This document shows positions 1 to 7,960 of a stretch of 64,000 nucleotides of DNA, piece by piece. Both the position numbers and the translations under genes were made by a program. The DNA lies in the IMG/VR virus record IMGVR_UViG_3300037882_001770, positions 1 to 64,000 of that record. One strand, written 5' to 3'. Within the stretch, counting starts at the first letter, position 1. The number at the start of each line of letters is the position of its first letter. The notes under the pieces are model-generated. The model had not been told where the DNA came from, ran no database searches, and saw only the letters and a list, made by a program, of their open reading frames with translations.

Positions 1-99
1 ATAATAGAAATAGGCAATGCAGTTACAAATCTTATTGATTCCAATGAAGGCTGGATTGAATTTGCTAGAGCAATACTAAAGAAAGCGAGTGAGAAATGA
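1..99 (+). CDS. 3' end of a hypothetical phage protein (partial; ...WIEFARAILKKASEK*)
   Basis: Frame open from position 1 to TGA at 97-99, overlapping ATG 96 (ATGA). Confidence 0.6.
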   Translation: MIEIGNAVTNLIDSNEGWIEFARAILKKASEK

Positions 100-281
100 C
101 AGAAAAAGAAATATTTGAGTTGTTTGATTTATATGGCACTGACATGGGTGATTACTATGAAATTGAAGTAGGTCGTATTGCACTGACCACTTACAACCTG
201 CCGTTCCAGCCTACCAAGCTGAAAAACTTTGATGAGTTTCATCAGCGTTATGGCAAGTATATCTTGCAAGCTTCGGCCTAG
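96..281 (+). CDS. hypothetical protein, 61 aa
   Basis: ORF track; ATGA coupling with upstream ORF. Confidence 0.6.
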   Translation: MTEKEIFELFDLYGTDMGDYYEIEVGRIALTTYNLPFQPTKLKNFDEFHQRYGKYILQASA

Positions 282-334
282 GAATAGGCCCGGAAGGCTG
301 TGGTCATCACAGGCTGTGTCCTCCACAGCCTTCC
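275..334 (+). promoter_or_regulatory. two adjacent RNA hairpins (possible terminator or processing structure)
   Basis: GGCCTA-GGAA-TAGGCC (275-290) and GGAAGGCTGTGG...CCACAGCCTTCC (292-303/323-334, perfect 12-bp stem). Confidence 0.5.
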
Positions 335-364
335 ACCTTTAACCAAAGATCCAAGGAGCCAAAT

Positions 365-598
365 ATGGGATTTGTAGTTTACTCCAAGAAGGACGGTGAA
401 ATGTTGCGCTACTATGACAATAGGTCAAAGGCACAAGCACAGGTCACCGGACACAATCGCAAGGCCATTATACAAGTACTCAAGGGCGATGAGTATGCAA
501 AAGAATGGGACCTATGTGAGTGGGCCGAATATGAACAGGTGTATGCTGAATATTACAACCGAAACAAGATGTATCTGCTGAGCCGGAGCAACTGGTAA
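365..598 (+). CDS. hypothetical protein, 77 aa
   Basis: AAGGAG SD upstream; TAATG coupling to next gene. Confidence 0.75.
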   Translation: MGFVVYSKKDGEMLRYYDNRSKAQAQVTGHNRKAIIQVLKGDEYAKEWDLCEWAEYEQVYAEYYNRNKMYLLSRSNW

Positions 599-939
599 TG
601 AACTATACCTTGATCCGGCTGGATCGGCGACACTCCTATCATGAACAGTTTGCCTACATGATAGAATTTCGCAAGCGACCCGATTGGGCCATTGGCGGAA
701 CTTCGGGTGTGCTAGATTTTGACCGTGTACGCAAGTGGATGAACGAAAGCTGGGGCTGGAGTCAGGATGTAGAAACTCGCACAGAAATGATCAAGGCACA
801 TCGCACCGCCAAGACCGAATCCACAGATGTAAATCGTCGCTGGGCCTGGAGTTGCAGATATCAAGAATATCGTATCTACATGGATGAAAGTGCTGTAAGC
901 CTGTTCAAACTCAAATGGAGCCAGGATGCGGTTGCCTGA
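598..939 (+). CDS. small 'LRW-family' protein
   Basis: C-terminal YMDESAVSLFKLKW; internal KWMNESWG. Confidence 0.75.
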   Translation: MNYTLIRLDRRHSYHEQFAYMIEFRKRPDWAIGGTSGVLDFDRVRKWMNESWGWSQDVETRTEMIKAHRTAKTESTDVNRRWAWSCRYQEYRIYMDESAVSLFKLKWSQDAVA

Positions 940-1144
940 TGCCGACTGGCCCTATATCTGTTATACCAGCCATCCCTATCCTGAAGTGTGTGCCTGGTGT
1001 GAACAGAATATTGGCAATTTTGATCGGGATTGGTACAAGCTGGGCGAGGATATCATGGCGCAGAGCATAATGACAGACTACAAAAGTACTTACATGTTCC
1101 GTGACCAGCGGCATGCCATGCTGTTCGAGTTGAGGTGGGCATGA
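926..1144 (+). CDS. small 'LRW-family' protein
   Basis: AWCEQNIG; ends YMFRDQRHAMLFELRWA. Confidence 0.8.
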   Translation: MRLPDADWPYICYTSHPYPEVCAWCEQNIGNFDRDWYKLGEDIMAQSIMTDYKSTYMFRDQRHAMLFELRWA

Positions 1145-1347
1145 TGGTATACAAATCTCCCGCAATGCCAGAGGCTTGGGCCTGTATGGAGTGGTGTCGG
1201 GTTCAGTTTGGTGGCGAAGGTGAACCCTACTGGGAAAAGTATGGCGGAGTTGATATTGCACATGGGTTACGCTGGTGGCGCAGACAAGGACACTTGTTTT
1301 TTTGCAATGAGAAAGATTACTTGTTATATTTGTTGAGGTGGGCATAA
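1141..1347 (+). CDS. small 'LRW-family' protein
   Basis: Start moved to ATG 1141 after GAGGTG; ends FFCNEKDYLLYLLRWA. Confidence 0.8.
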   Translation: MMVYKSPAMPEAWACMEWCRVQFGGEGEPYWEKYGGVDIAHGLRWWRRQGHLFFCNEKDYLLYLLRWA

Positions 1348-1517
1348 TGACACTCAATAAAGATCATGCAGTTTCGTGTAAAGACATAACCAACGATCAA
1401 TGGAACTGGTTGTGCAATACTATAGGAACTCCTAGAAAAGATTGGCACTATAACTTTGCACATATTTGGTTTCTTCGAGAAGAACACAAAACTCTTTGGA
1501 TGTTAAGGTGGGCATGA
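1347..1517 (+). CDS. small 'LRW-family' protein, 56 aa (not in ORF track)
   Basis: Manual translation MTLNKDHAVSCKDITNDQWNWLCNTIGTPRKDWHYNFAHIWFLREEHKTLWMLRWA; coupled on both sides. Confidence 0.8.
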   Translation: MTLNKDHAVSCKDITNDQWNWLCNTIGTPRKDWHYNFAHIWFLREEHKTLWMLRWA

Positions 1518-1867
1518 AAACCGTACGCAGAACCATTATTATCCGCGAGCGGGATTTGTTTGCGCTCATGCAAACCACCATTCGCAAGAATCTATTTGAT
1601 CGCTTTGATGTGGAACCGCTAACTTATCAGGAGATACAGAATGAAATCCTGATCAACACCCTTAAAGGTGAGACTCCGCCTCAGTACAGCACCTTGCCCA
1701 ACGTGTACGAAACTCTCATGTACAAGGAAGGCAACTTGTATAATAAACAGTATTTGTCCTGGCACCTGACCATGGACTATCCTGCTGGACAGATCTATGT
1801 GCAGAGTCGTATGAATCAACCTAGAGAACCCTTGCATCGTGTGACCTTTGAGAAGGATTATGCGTAG
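1514..1867 (+). CDS. hypothetical protein
   Basis: ATG 1514 overlaps previous TGA, SD AAGGTG. Confidence 0.65.
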   Translation: MKTVRRTIIIRERDLFALMQTTIRKNLFDRFDVEPLTYQEIQNEILINTLKGETPPQYSTLPNVYETLMYKEGNLYNKQYLSWHLTMDYPAGQIYVQSRMNQPREPLHRVTFEKDYA

Positions 1868-2102
1868 ACGATTACACGAATCTCGTTGTTTTAGACTGCA
1901 ACAAGAAACCAACCGTAAAGGTCGTAAGTTCTATCGTATTGTCTGGTGGAATTGGATTGACTTGCATGATCAAGACGAACAACTAAGAGACCTAATAGAT
2001 CCACAACGCAACAAAAGTGGAAAGAATGGTAGCAGTTGGAAGTTTAGCAATCTTAAAGAAGCAGAACAAATGTATAGTATGTTGTTGTTGAGGTGGTCAT
2101 AA
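1860..2102 (+). CDS. small 'LRW-family' protein
   Basis: AAGGA SD; ends WKFSNLKEAEQMYSMLLLRWS. Confidence 0.75.
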   Translation: MRRRLHESRCFRLQQETNRKGRKFYRIVWWNWIDLHDQDEQLRDLIDPQRNKSGKNGSSWKFSNLKEAEQMYSMLLLRWS

Positions 2103-2314
2103 TGACAAGAGTCCTAGACAAAACCTTATGGCCTTGCTGGGTTGATACCGAGTTTGTCAGTGTGGATGATTCTTTTAAGAGGCAACACTGGCTCAAAGAC
2201 AATGTTGGTGCACAACACACAGACTGGCATTTGATCAGTCCTAGCATGGGTGTTCAGCGTTGGCACTTTGCCCGTGAACAAGATGCTGTGCTATTTCAGT
2301 TGAGGTGGGCATGA
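2102..2314 (+). CDS. small 'LRW-family' protein
   Basis: HWLKDNVG; ends WHFAREQDAVLFQLRWA. Confidence 0.8.
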   Translation: MTRVLDKTLWPCWVDTEFVSVDDSFKRQHWLKDNVGAQHTDWHLISPSMGVQRWHFAREQDAVLFQLRWA

Positions 2315-2586
2315 CCGGTCAACTTGATCGACTCGAAGACGAACTTACTGAGTCACTCGGTAAAGCAATGAGTGAATCTATAGACTTCGAAGTGCTGTGC
2401 AGTGTGTATGTGCCTGAAGGTTGGACTCGAATTGAAACCAAATATGTTGCTTGCAACGAGGCAGAGTGGGCTGAAATAATTGGGTGGGTCAACAGTAATT
2501 TTACCGGTGCTTATCGAGAAAACTGTGGTGTATGGTTGATCGAACGACCCGAAGATGCTACAATGTTTATGTTGAGGTGGGTATGA
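2311..2586 (+). CDS. small 'LRW-family' protein
   Basis: GWVNSNFTG; ends WLIERPEDATMFMLRWV. Confidence 0.8.
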   Translation: MTGQLDRLEDELTESLGKAMSESIDFEVLCSVYVPEGWTRIETKYVACNEAEWAEIIGWVNSNFTGAYRENCGVWLIERPEDATMFMLRWV

Positions 2587-2960
2587 AAATTAAAGAATTT
2601 TACAACCGGTTTGAAATGCGTGTGCAAACTAGCAATCATCGTTTACGCAGAATGAAGCCGCTCCATCTCAGAACTGATGTTTGGAACACTCATCTCAGTG
2701 ACGAACTTGTATGGAACTTGACCGAGGCAGCAGAAGAAGTCGAGTGCGTGGATGTGACCATGCCTGTGGATCGGCTTAAAGAGTTAGAGAGATTCCTAAC
2801 GCACTATGAGCGAGCCGAAGACGAATGGCGCAAGCATATGAGTAAGACAGGAGAACTATTGGCACAACACCGCGAGGACGAGCGTGTTAGGATTAAGAAT
2901 CCAGCAGTTCGTCAAGCATACGAGCACTACTTAACATTATTAAACTTGTGTAGAGATTAA
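2583..2960 (+). CDS. hypothetical protein (C-terminal NPAVRQAYEHYLTLLNL helix)
   Basis: ATG 2583 overlaps previous TGA. Confidence 0.7.
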   Translation: MKIKEFYNRFEMRVQTSNHRLRRMKPLHLRTDVWNTHLSDELVWNLTEAAEEVECVDVTMPVDRLKELERFLTHYERAEDEWRKHMSKTGELLAQHREDERVRIKNPAVRQAYEHYLTLLNLCRD

Positions 2961-2961
2961 T

Positions 2962-3285
2962 ATGCAACCCTGGCAAGCCGAGATGTTGATCAAGCTCGAA
3001 CAAGGTCCGTTGACCATAAACGTAGGTCGTCAATCAGGTAAATCTGATTGGTATAAATTGTTTAGGAGTTTTATGGAAAAGCCAGCCAGCAGATTTGTGC
3101 CTTATACCTTACATCACCGGACGGGCTTGATGATACAAGACTACATGTGGTGGCATGAGAACGAGCGTGAAATTTTAAACTGGATGGCGGAACATTTGCC
3201 CCGTGGCATCGAGCATCAGCAGGGTATGACTATTACCTTTGATACGGATAAAGATCGCATGATATTCTTGCTGAGGTGGGCATAG
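2962..3285 (+). CDS. small 'LRW-family' protein
   Basis: NWMAEHLP; ends ITFDTDKDRMIFLLRWA. Confidence 0.8.
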   Translation: MQPWQAEMLIKLEQGPLTINVGRQSGKSDWYKLFRSFMEKPASRFVPYTLHHRTGLMIQDYMWWHENEREILNWMAEHLPRGIEHQQGMTITFDTDKDRMIFLLRWA

Positions 3286-3455
3286 TGTTCAAGTTCTCTC
3301 GACAATATGCTGTGTTTGGTCGCATCACAAACGATCAGTGGAACTGGTTGTGCAATAGTATTAGTCTACCGCAAAAAGAATGGACCGTGAGCAAAGGTGC
3401 TGTTTGGTTCAAACAAGAAAAACACAAAACACTTTATGTATTGAGGTGGGCATGA
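3285..3455 (+). CDS. small 'LRW-family' protein, 56 aa, GTG start (not in ORF track); paralogue of 1347-1517
   Basis: Manual translation MFKFSRQYAVFGRITNDQWNWLCNSISLPQKEWTVSKGAVWFKQEKHKTLYVLRWA. Confidence 0.8.
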   Translation: MFKFSRQYAVFGRITNDQWNWLCNSISLPQKEWTVSKGAVWFKQEKHKTLYVLRWA

Positions 3456-3715
3456 AACTCATAAGATCTACAACCACTGTAAATTATTGGAGATTCTGCG
3501 ACGGGGAGGTTCGTGATCATCCCATTATGGATCACCAGCCACGCGGTTGGTACTGTTGGGTATATCCCCGGGACGACACCGAATTTGTCACGTGGATGAA
3601 AGCCAACTGTCCCGGTGCCGAAGTCACACATAGATTCAACAACGGTAATCCCATGCATACAGTTTACATTAGTGACGATCAGGAAGCCACTGTGTTTGGC
3701 TTGAAATGGCTATGA
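3452..3715 (+). CDS. small 'LRW-family' protein
   Basis: ATG 3452; TWMKANCP; ends VYISDDQEATVFGLKWL. Confidence 0.8.
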   Translation: MKLIRSTTTVNYWRFCDGEVRDHPIMDHQPRGWYCWVYPRDDTEFVTWMKANCPGAEVTHRFNNGNPMHTVYISDDQEATVFGLKWL

Positions 3716-3894
3716 TCAAATTTAGAGGACCCCAAGGACCCTGGGAACCAGTGTTTGCGTGGAAACCGGTCAAGGATATTCACGGTAAGAGGCATTGGTT
3801 AAAACGGATTTATCGTAGAGAACTCAATCAATATGTATGGCCGCCACGAGGTTGGGAATACGGCAATGTATTTGATGTGTTACGAGACTCATGA
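3712..3894 (+). CDS. hypothetical protein
   Basis: ATGA coupling on both sides. Confidence 0.65.
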   Translation: MIKFRGPQGPWEPVFAWKPVKDIHGKRHWLKRIYRRELNQYVWPPRGWEYGNVFDVLRDS

Positions 3895-4139
3895 TCGGCA
3901 TACCGTTACTGAATCACGACGAGCGGCCCGCCTGGTGGTATCGTTTTATAGAGGACATTGTGCGTGTTCAGGATCGTCAACATCTTCCTAAATGGGAACG
4001 CTATAGTTCGTGGATTCAAGATGTCAACAGCAAGCTACAGTTGCACGGGGGTGCTATCAGACGCCTGAACAGTGGCACCTTGTTGGTAACTTTCCGATTA
4101 GATAGCAATTATACTATGTTTGTGTTAAAATATGCATAA
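3891..4139 (+). CDS. small 'LRW-family' protein
   Basis: Ends VTFRLDSNYTMFVLKYA. Confidence 0.75.
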   Translation: MIGIPLLNHDERPAWWYRFIEDIVRVQDRQHLPKWERYSSWIQDVNSKLQLHGGAIRRLNSGTLLVTFRLDSNYTMFVLKYA

Positions 4140-4360
4140 TGATTAGAGTCAGTACAGCAGATCCTGTATTCAATCGGGCATACTTAAATGCGTTCCGTGC
4201 TTTGCCGCTCGGCGATTTAGAAGGGCCCAGACAGTATGGACAGCGTTGGCGTGCGGCGTATCGGTGTAGGGTCGAAATTGGGGGTGCCGAGTGGCCTCAT
4301 TGCAGTTACGTATTTGATCGCGACGAAGACTACACTTGGTTCATGTTGCGATGGGGTTAA
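4139..4360 (+). CDS. small 'LRW-family' protein
   Basis: Ends YVFDRDEDYTWFMLRWG. Confidence 0.8.
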   Translation: MIRVSTADPVFNRAYLNAFRALPLGDLEGPRQYGQRWRAAYRCRVEIGGAEWPHCSYVFDRDEDYTWFMLRWG

Positions 4361-4563
4361 CAATACTTGTGCGGAATGCTGCAGATGCGTTAGTGTTTAA
4401 AGAGCAAGTAGAGGAGCTCTGCACCAAAAACGGCTTTACCTGGCGCTATACTCCGCAAGTAAATAACTGGTTAGGTGATGAGATTATAACTCCTGGCACA
4501 GTAGAATTTAATTTTGCAGATGAAAAAATGGCAACATACTTTCAATTACGGTGGGCTCAATGA
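4351..4563 (+). CDS. small 'LRW-family' protein
   Basis: Ends FNFADEKMATYFQLRWAQ. Confidence 0.75.
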   Translation: MGLTILVRNAADALVFKEQVEELCTKNGFTWRYTPQVNNWLGDEIITPGTVEFNFADEKMATYFQLRWAQ

Positions 4564-4865
4564 CAAGCAAAAAAACAGGAAATTATACTTCCCCTGACAA
4601 AGATGATCTTCATAGATGGTATGTGTACACGCACACCGACCCAGTAACAGGTGAAATTGTATATGTAGGCGAAGGAACCGGACAAAGATTTGCAGCGGTC
4701 AATACAAGAGATGCGCCACATTCTCAATTTCTTAAAGAAATAATCCACGATAAACAATTAGAGTGTTTTTGCATAGTCGAATCAAGACTTACTAAAGAAC
4801 AAGCGAGAGAAATTGAACGAGGATTGATTGCTAAGTACCGACCACGTTTTAATAAATTAAAATGA
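4560..4865 (+). CDS. GIY-YIG family nuclease (stand-alone domain)
   Basis: YVY...YVG...R, helix with E (AREIERGLI) and terminal FN, the order of GIY-YIG catalytic residues. Confidence 0.75.
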   Translation: MTSKKTGNYTSPDKDDLHRWYVYTHTDPVTGEIVYVGEGTGQRFAAVNTRDAPHSQFLKEIIHDKQLECFCIVESRLTKEQAREIERGLIAKYRPRFNKLK

Positions 4866-5143
4866 ACTATTATTACGAAATAGATCCTAGGTACAACGGC
4901 ACTGTGTTTGGTGACAAATGGCGCTACTGGTGCATGTATAACTGTAGTCCTGCGGACAATGGTAAGATGTGTTTTAAAACACACGACGACTTCGTGGCTC
5001 GAAGTACTCGGGTATGGTTAGAAAATCGCAACGGTGTGTATCAGGTACATCCGGCGTGGCACGGGCATCGCCGAGTAGATCCACATGAGTTTACACTAGT
5101 AAAGCTCAAAGCCAAAACAATCAAGTGGTGGCACGATGAATGA
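4862..5143 (+). CDS. hypothetical protein (possibly a divergent LRW-family member)
   Basis: Coupled ORF; DPHEFTLVKLKA weakly resembles the family motif. Confidence 0.65.
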   Translation: MNYYYEIDPRYNGTVFGDKWRYWCMYNCSPADNGKMCFKTHDDFVARSTRVWLENRNGVYQVHPAWHGHRRVDPHEFTLVKLKAKTIKWWHDE

Positions 5144-5477
5144 CAACAAAGTAAAGGTCTTGCATGACAAGTTGCGTGGGTTCAGCAATCAACTACCGGG
5201 ACAAGCCGGAGATGAATATTATGATAGTCAAGCCGCTAGATTAGATACCATCATAGGTGGCGATACCCAACACTTCTTACGCCTGCAACGGGTTAAGAAT
5301 GAATATGATGAACTGGCCAGAGCTGTGCCTGTTGGACAAGGGTTCCTGACCTTTGATGACTATGTACGAGAATACTACGGAATCAAATTGCAGTTTGATG
5401 GTGACAATGTTACACTAGCATATAGCGTTATTAATGAAAAGAAATATGTCATGTTTGTGTTAAAGTTTAACAGATAA
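5136..5477 (+). CDS. small 'LRW-family' protein
   Basis: Ends YSVINEKKYVMFVLKFNR. Confidence 0.75.
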   Translation: MNDNKVKVLHDKLRGFSNQLPGQAGDEYYDSQAARLDTIIGGDTQHFLRLQRVKNEYDELARAVPVGQGFLTFDDYVREYYGIKLQFDGDNVTLAYSVINEKKYVMFVLKFNR

Positions 5478-5725
5478 TGCACGTAAACAATTTTTCTCTT
5501 CCTAGACCATCAGACCGAGCATTAGATCAGTGTCATACGGTTTATATCAACGATCCTGCGTTTAAGATGTGGACTATGAAGAAGTTTTGTAGAGAAAACA
5601 ATTTAAGTTTGATGTGGTCAGAGTTAGTCGAAACTTCGGATGTTAGTGAGTTCTTTGATGAAGTGTGTGCGTTTTATTTTATTGATCCAGCGGATGCTAC
5701 CCTGTTTACATTGAAGTTCAAGTAA
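5477..5725 (+). CDS. small 'LRW-family' protein
   Basis: Ends FYFIDPADATLFTLKFK. Confidence 0.75.
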   Translation: MHVNNFSLPRPSDRALDQCHTVYINDPAFKMWTMKKFCRENNLSLMWSELVETSDVSEFFDEVCAFYFIDPADATLFTLKFK

Positions 5726-5792
5726 TGGCCATAGACCGTAATTCTCAATTAATTTGCTTGCAAGGCAATAAACACAGTAAAAGGACTGCCTG

Positions 5793-6110
5793 TTGAAAAT
5801 CACTGTTAAACATAAGTTAATCATATTTCATAACCCGTATGAATGGTACAACTTGGCCGAACGTTTGAGAAAAGAATACGGCCAAAGTATTATGCTGATC
5901 TCGGCAAGATGTAAACGTGAATTGGGATTTACCGTTAGGCATCACAAAGGACTGGTTCCACATGATCCAGTAGAATGGGAAGTAATGAAATCAGAAGGGT
6001 GGCACCATCGTCATCACTACGAAGACCAAGTACATTTGGATTGGTATAACGAGTCGGCGCAGACTTGGTTTGTGCTTAAATACCTTAATAATGGGCAGGT
6101 TGACCAATAA
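5793..6110 (+). CDS. small 'LRW-family' protein (TTG start)
   Basis: AAGGA SD; LDWYNESAQTWFVLKYL. Confidence 0.7.
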   Translation: MKITVKHKLIIFHNPYEWYNLAERLRKEYGQSIMLISARCKRELGFTVRHHKGLVPHDPVEWEVMKSEGWHHRHHYEDQVHLDWYNESAQTWFVLKYLNNGQVDQ

Positions 6111-6128
6111 AGGCATTTTGGCTATAAT
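6100..6128 (+). promoter_or_regulatory. sigma70-type promoter
   Basis: TTGACC (6100-6105), 17 bp, TATAAT (6123-6128). Confidence 0.75.
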
Positions 6129-6134
6129 AGTAGT

Positions 6135-6428
6135 ATGAAAATAGTTAAATTGGATCAAAGATACGCAGGCTTTCCCAAGTGGAAGTATGCTCTCCAATTT
6201 CCTTTACGCAATCACAACTATAACAAGGAATATTTCAAGTATAAAACCGTATTCCAGGCAATATATGGCCCAGATGCCGAGATAAATCCAGAGTATCATA
6301 CCGCCCAATGGGGTAGTACTCCAAAATGGTTTTATAACGAGAATTGGCATACCAGCTTCGAAAAACGGCGAATTTACTATAATGATCAACGGGTTATGAC
6401 CATGATTCAGCTTAAAATAACAGCTTGA
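6135..6428 (+). CDS. small 'LRW-family' protein (divergent)
   Basis: Ends RIYYNDQRVMTMIQLKI. Confidence 0.7.
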   Translation: MKIVKLDQRYAGFPKWKYALQFPLRNHNYNKEYFKYKTVFQAIYGPDAEINPEYHTAQWGSTPKWFYNENWHTSFEKRRIYYNDQRVMTMIQLKITA

Positions 6429-6453
6429 CCATTAATTCGTGTTATTGTATAAT
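6425..6453 (+). promoter_or_regulatory. sigma70-type promoter
   Basis: TTGACC (6425-6430), 17 bp, TATAAT (6448-6453); followed by AGTAGTAT like the 6100 promoter. Confidence 0.75.
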
Positions 6454-6482
6454 AGTAGTATAGTGAATAATAAGGACAAGTC

Positions 6483-7772
6483 ATGACAACTAGCACACAA
6501 AACAAAAAAGAATCAGACAAGTTTAAGGACTTGCTTGGCCCTACAGATCCCAAATTGGATCGCGAAATACGTGAAAAGCTGATCACAGCTCGTGTAGGAC
6601 TCTTGCTTCGTGCTAGTTTCTTTGGCAACCTGGCTACTCGACTCAAGCTGGTTAATGCCGATGAGTGGTGTCCTACTGCCGCAACCGACGGACGTCACTT
6701 TTACTACAATAGCAGATTTGTAGACATGCTCAAGCCCAAAGAGATTGAGTTCCTGTTTGGACATGAGGTCTTGCACTGTGTGTATGACCACTTTGGTCGT
6801 CGTGGTGATCGTGATCCACAACTGTTCAACATTGCCAATGACTATTGTGTAAATGGCGATTTGAAAAAACATCGTGTAGGTGAGTTTATCACTTCAGTTC
6901 CGTGCTTGTATGATGCCAAGTATGAAGGCATGAGCTCTGAAGAGATCTATGACATCTTGTATGAAAATGCGGAAAAAATCGACATTGGCAGTTTGATCGA
7001 CAAATTGCTGGATGACCACTTGGATGGCGAAGGTCAAGATGGTAGTGGTGAAGGCGACGGTGATGAAAAGAGTGGCAAAGGGTCAGGCCGTCCCAAGTTG
7101 AGTGCAGAAGAGCGTCAAAAGATCAAGGACGAAATCAAAGAAGCTGTGCTTGCGGCTGCGGCTGCCAGTGATGGTGCAGGCAACTTGCCAGCAGGTGTCA
7201 AACGCATTATTGAAGACATGACTGCACCCAAGATGAACTGGCGTGAACTGTTGCGTATGCAATTGGAAAGTACCATGAAGAGTGATTACACCTGGATGCG
7301 TAGCAGTCGCAAAGGTTGGCACATGGACGCGGTAATGCCAGGTATGAAGCTGGATCCAATGATTGATATTGCTGTGAGCTTGGATGCATCTGGATCAATT
7401 AGTGCCAAAATGCTTAACGATTTCTTGAGTGAAGTCGGCGGTATTATGGAACAGTTTCCAGCATATCGCATTCACGTGGTAACCTTTGATACTGAGTGCT
7501 ATAACCCTGTACAGTATGATAGTGAAAACTTGGATGATATCAACACTTACGAAGTCAAAGGTGGTGGTGGCACAGACTTTGATGCTGTATTTCGTTACTT
7601 TAAAGATAATGAAATTGAACCCAAGCGTCATATTATGTTTACAGACGGTTACCCATGTGGTAGCTGGGGCGATGAGATGTACTGTGACACTGTGTTTATT
7701 ATCCACGGTAGCACTAGTATTGTTCCACCATTTGGTCAATATGCTTACTACGAAGAAGAAAAAAGTCACTAA
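6483..7772 (+). CDS. putative metallopeptidase plus VWA-domain protein (DUF2201-like)
   Basis: TAATDG, HEVLH (HEXXH), acidic linker, MIDAS DASGS, GGGGTDF, FTDG. Confidence 0.85.
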   Translation: MTTSTQNKKESDKFKDLLGPTDPKLDREIREKLITARVGLLLRASFFGNLATRLKLVNADEWCPTAATDGRHFYYNSRFVDMLKPKEIEFLFGHEVLHCVYDHFGRRGDRDPQLFNIANDYCVNGDLKKHRVGEFITSVPCLYDAKYEGMSSEEIYDILYENAEKIDIGSLIDKLLDDHLDGEGQDGSGEGDGDEKSGKGSGRPKLSAEERQKIKDEIKEAVLAAAAASDGAGNLPAGVKRIIEDMTAPKMNWRELLRMQLESTMKSDYTWMRSSRKGWHMDAVMPGMKLDPMIDIAVSLDASGSISAKMLNDFLSEVGGIMEQFPAYRIHVVTFDTECYNPVQYDSENLDDINTYEVKGGGGTDFDAVFRYFKDNEIEPKRHIMFTDGYPCGSWGDEMYCDTVFIIHGSTSIVPPFGQYAYYEEEKSH

Positions 7773-7960
7773 TGCATAAAAAAATTAAACAACTTAAGTT
7801 GCAGGCTGGCATACAGGACAATCCAGATCAAGAAGGGCTAGATTTGTTTGCTGAATTGATTATACAAGAGTGTGCTCATATAGCTGACTGTCCAAGTAGT
7901 TTCAAGCACACTAACGGATACAAGATTCTTCGTTACTTTGACGTAAAGGAATTAGTATAA
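7772..7960 (+). CDS. hypothetical protein (FAELIIQEC motif)
   Basis: TAATG-coupled ORF. Confidence 0.65.
   Translation: MHKKIKQLKLQAGIQDNPDQEGLDLFAELIIQECAHIADCPSSFKHTNGYKILRYFDVKELV

Larger units (their letters stand above)
1130..3455 (+). repeat. dispersed 15-bp gene-junction repeat TTGAGGTGGGCATGA (8 copies)
   Basis: Copies at 1130, 1333, 1503, 2088, 2300, 2572, 3271 and 3441 with 0-3 mismatches. Confidence 0.9.

Noticed and set aside
1130-3455. 15-bp repeats as a CRISPR array or integron attC sites
   Set aside because: Spacing is irregular (170-700 bp), the intervals are whole ORFs, the repeat is short and non-palindromic, and no cas or integrase gene is in the window.
5725-5796. 23-aa bridging ORF MAIDRNSQLICLQGNKHSKRTAC
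   Set aside because: It overlaps both neighbours but is short enough to be chance, and the downstream TTG has its own SD.
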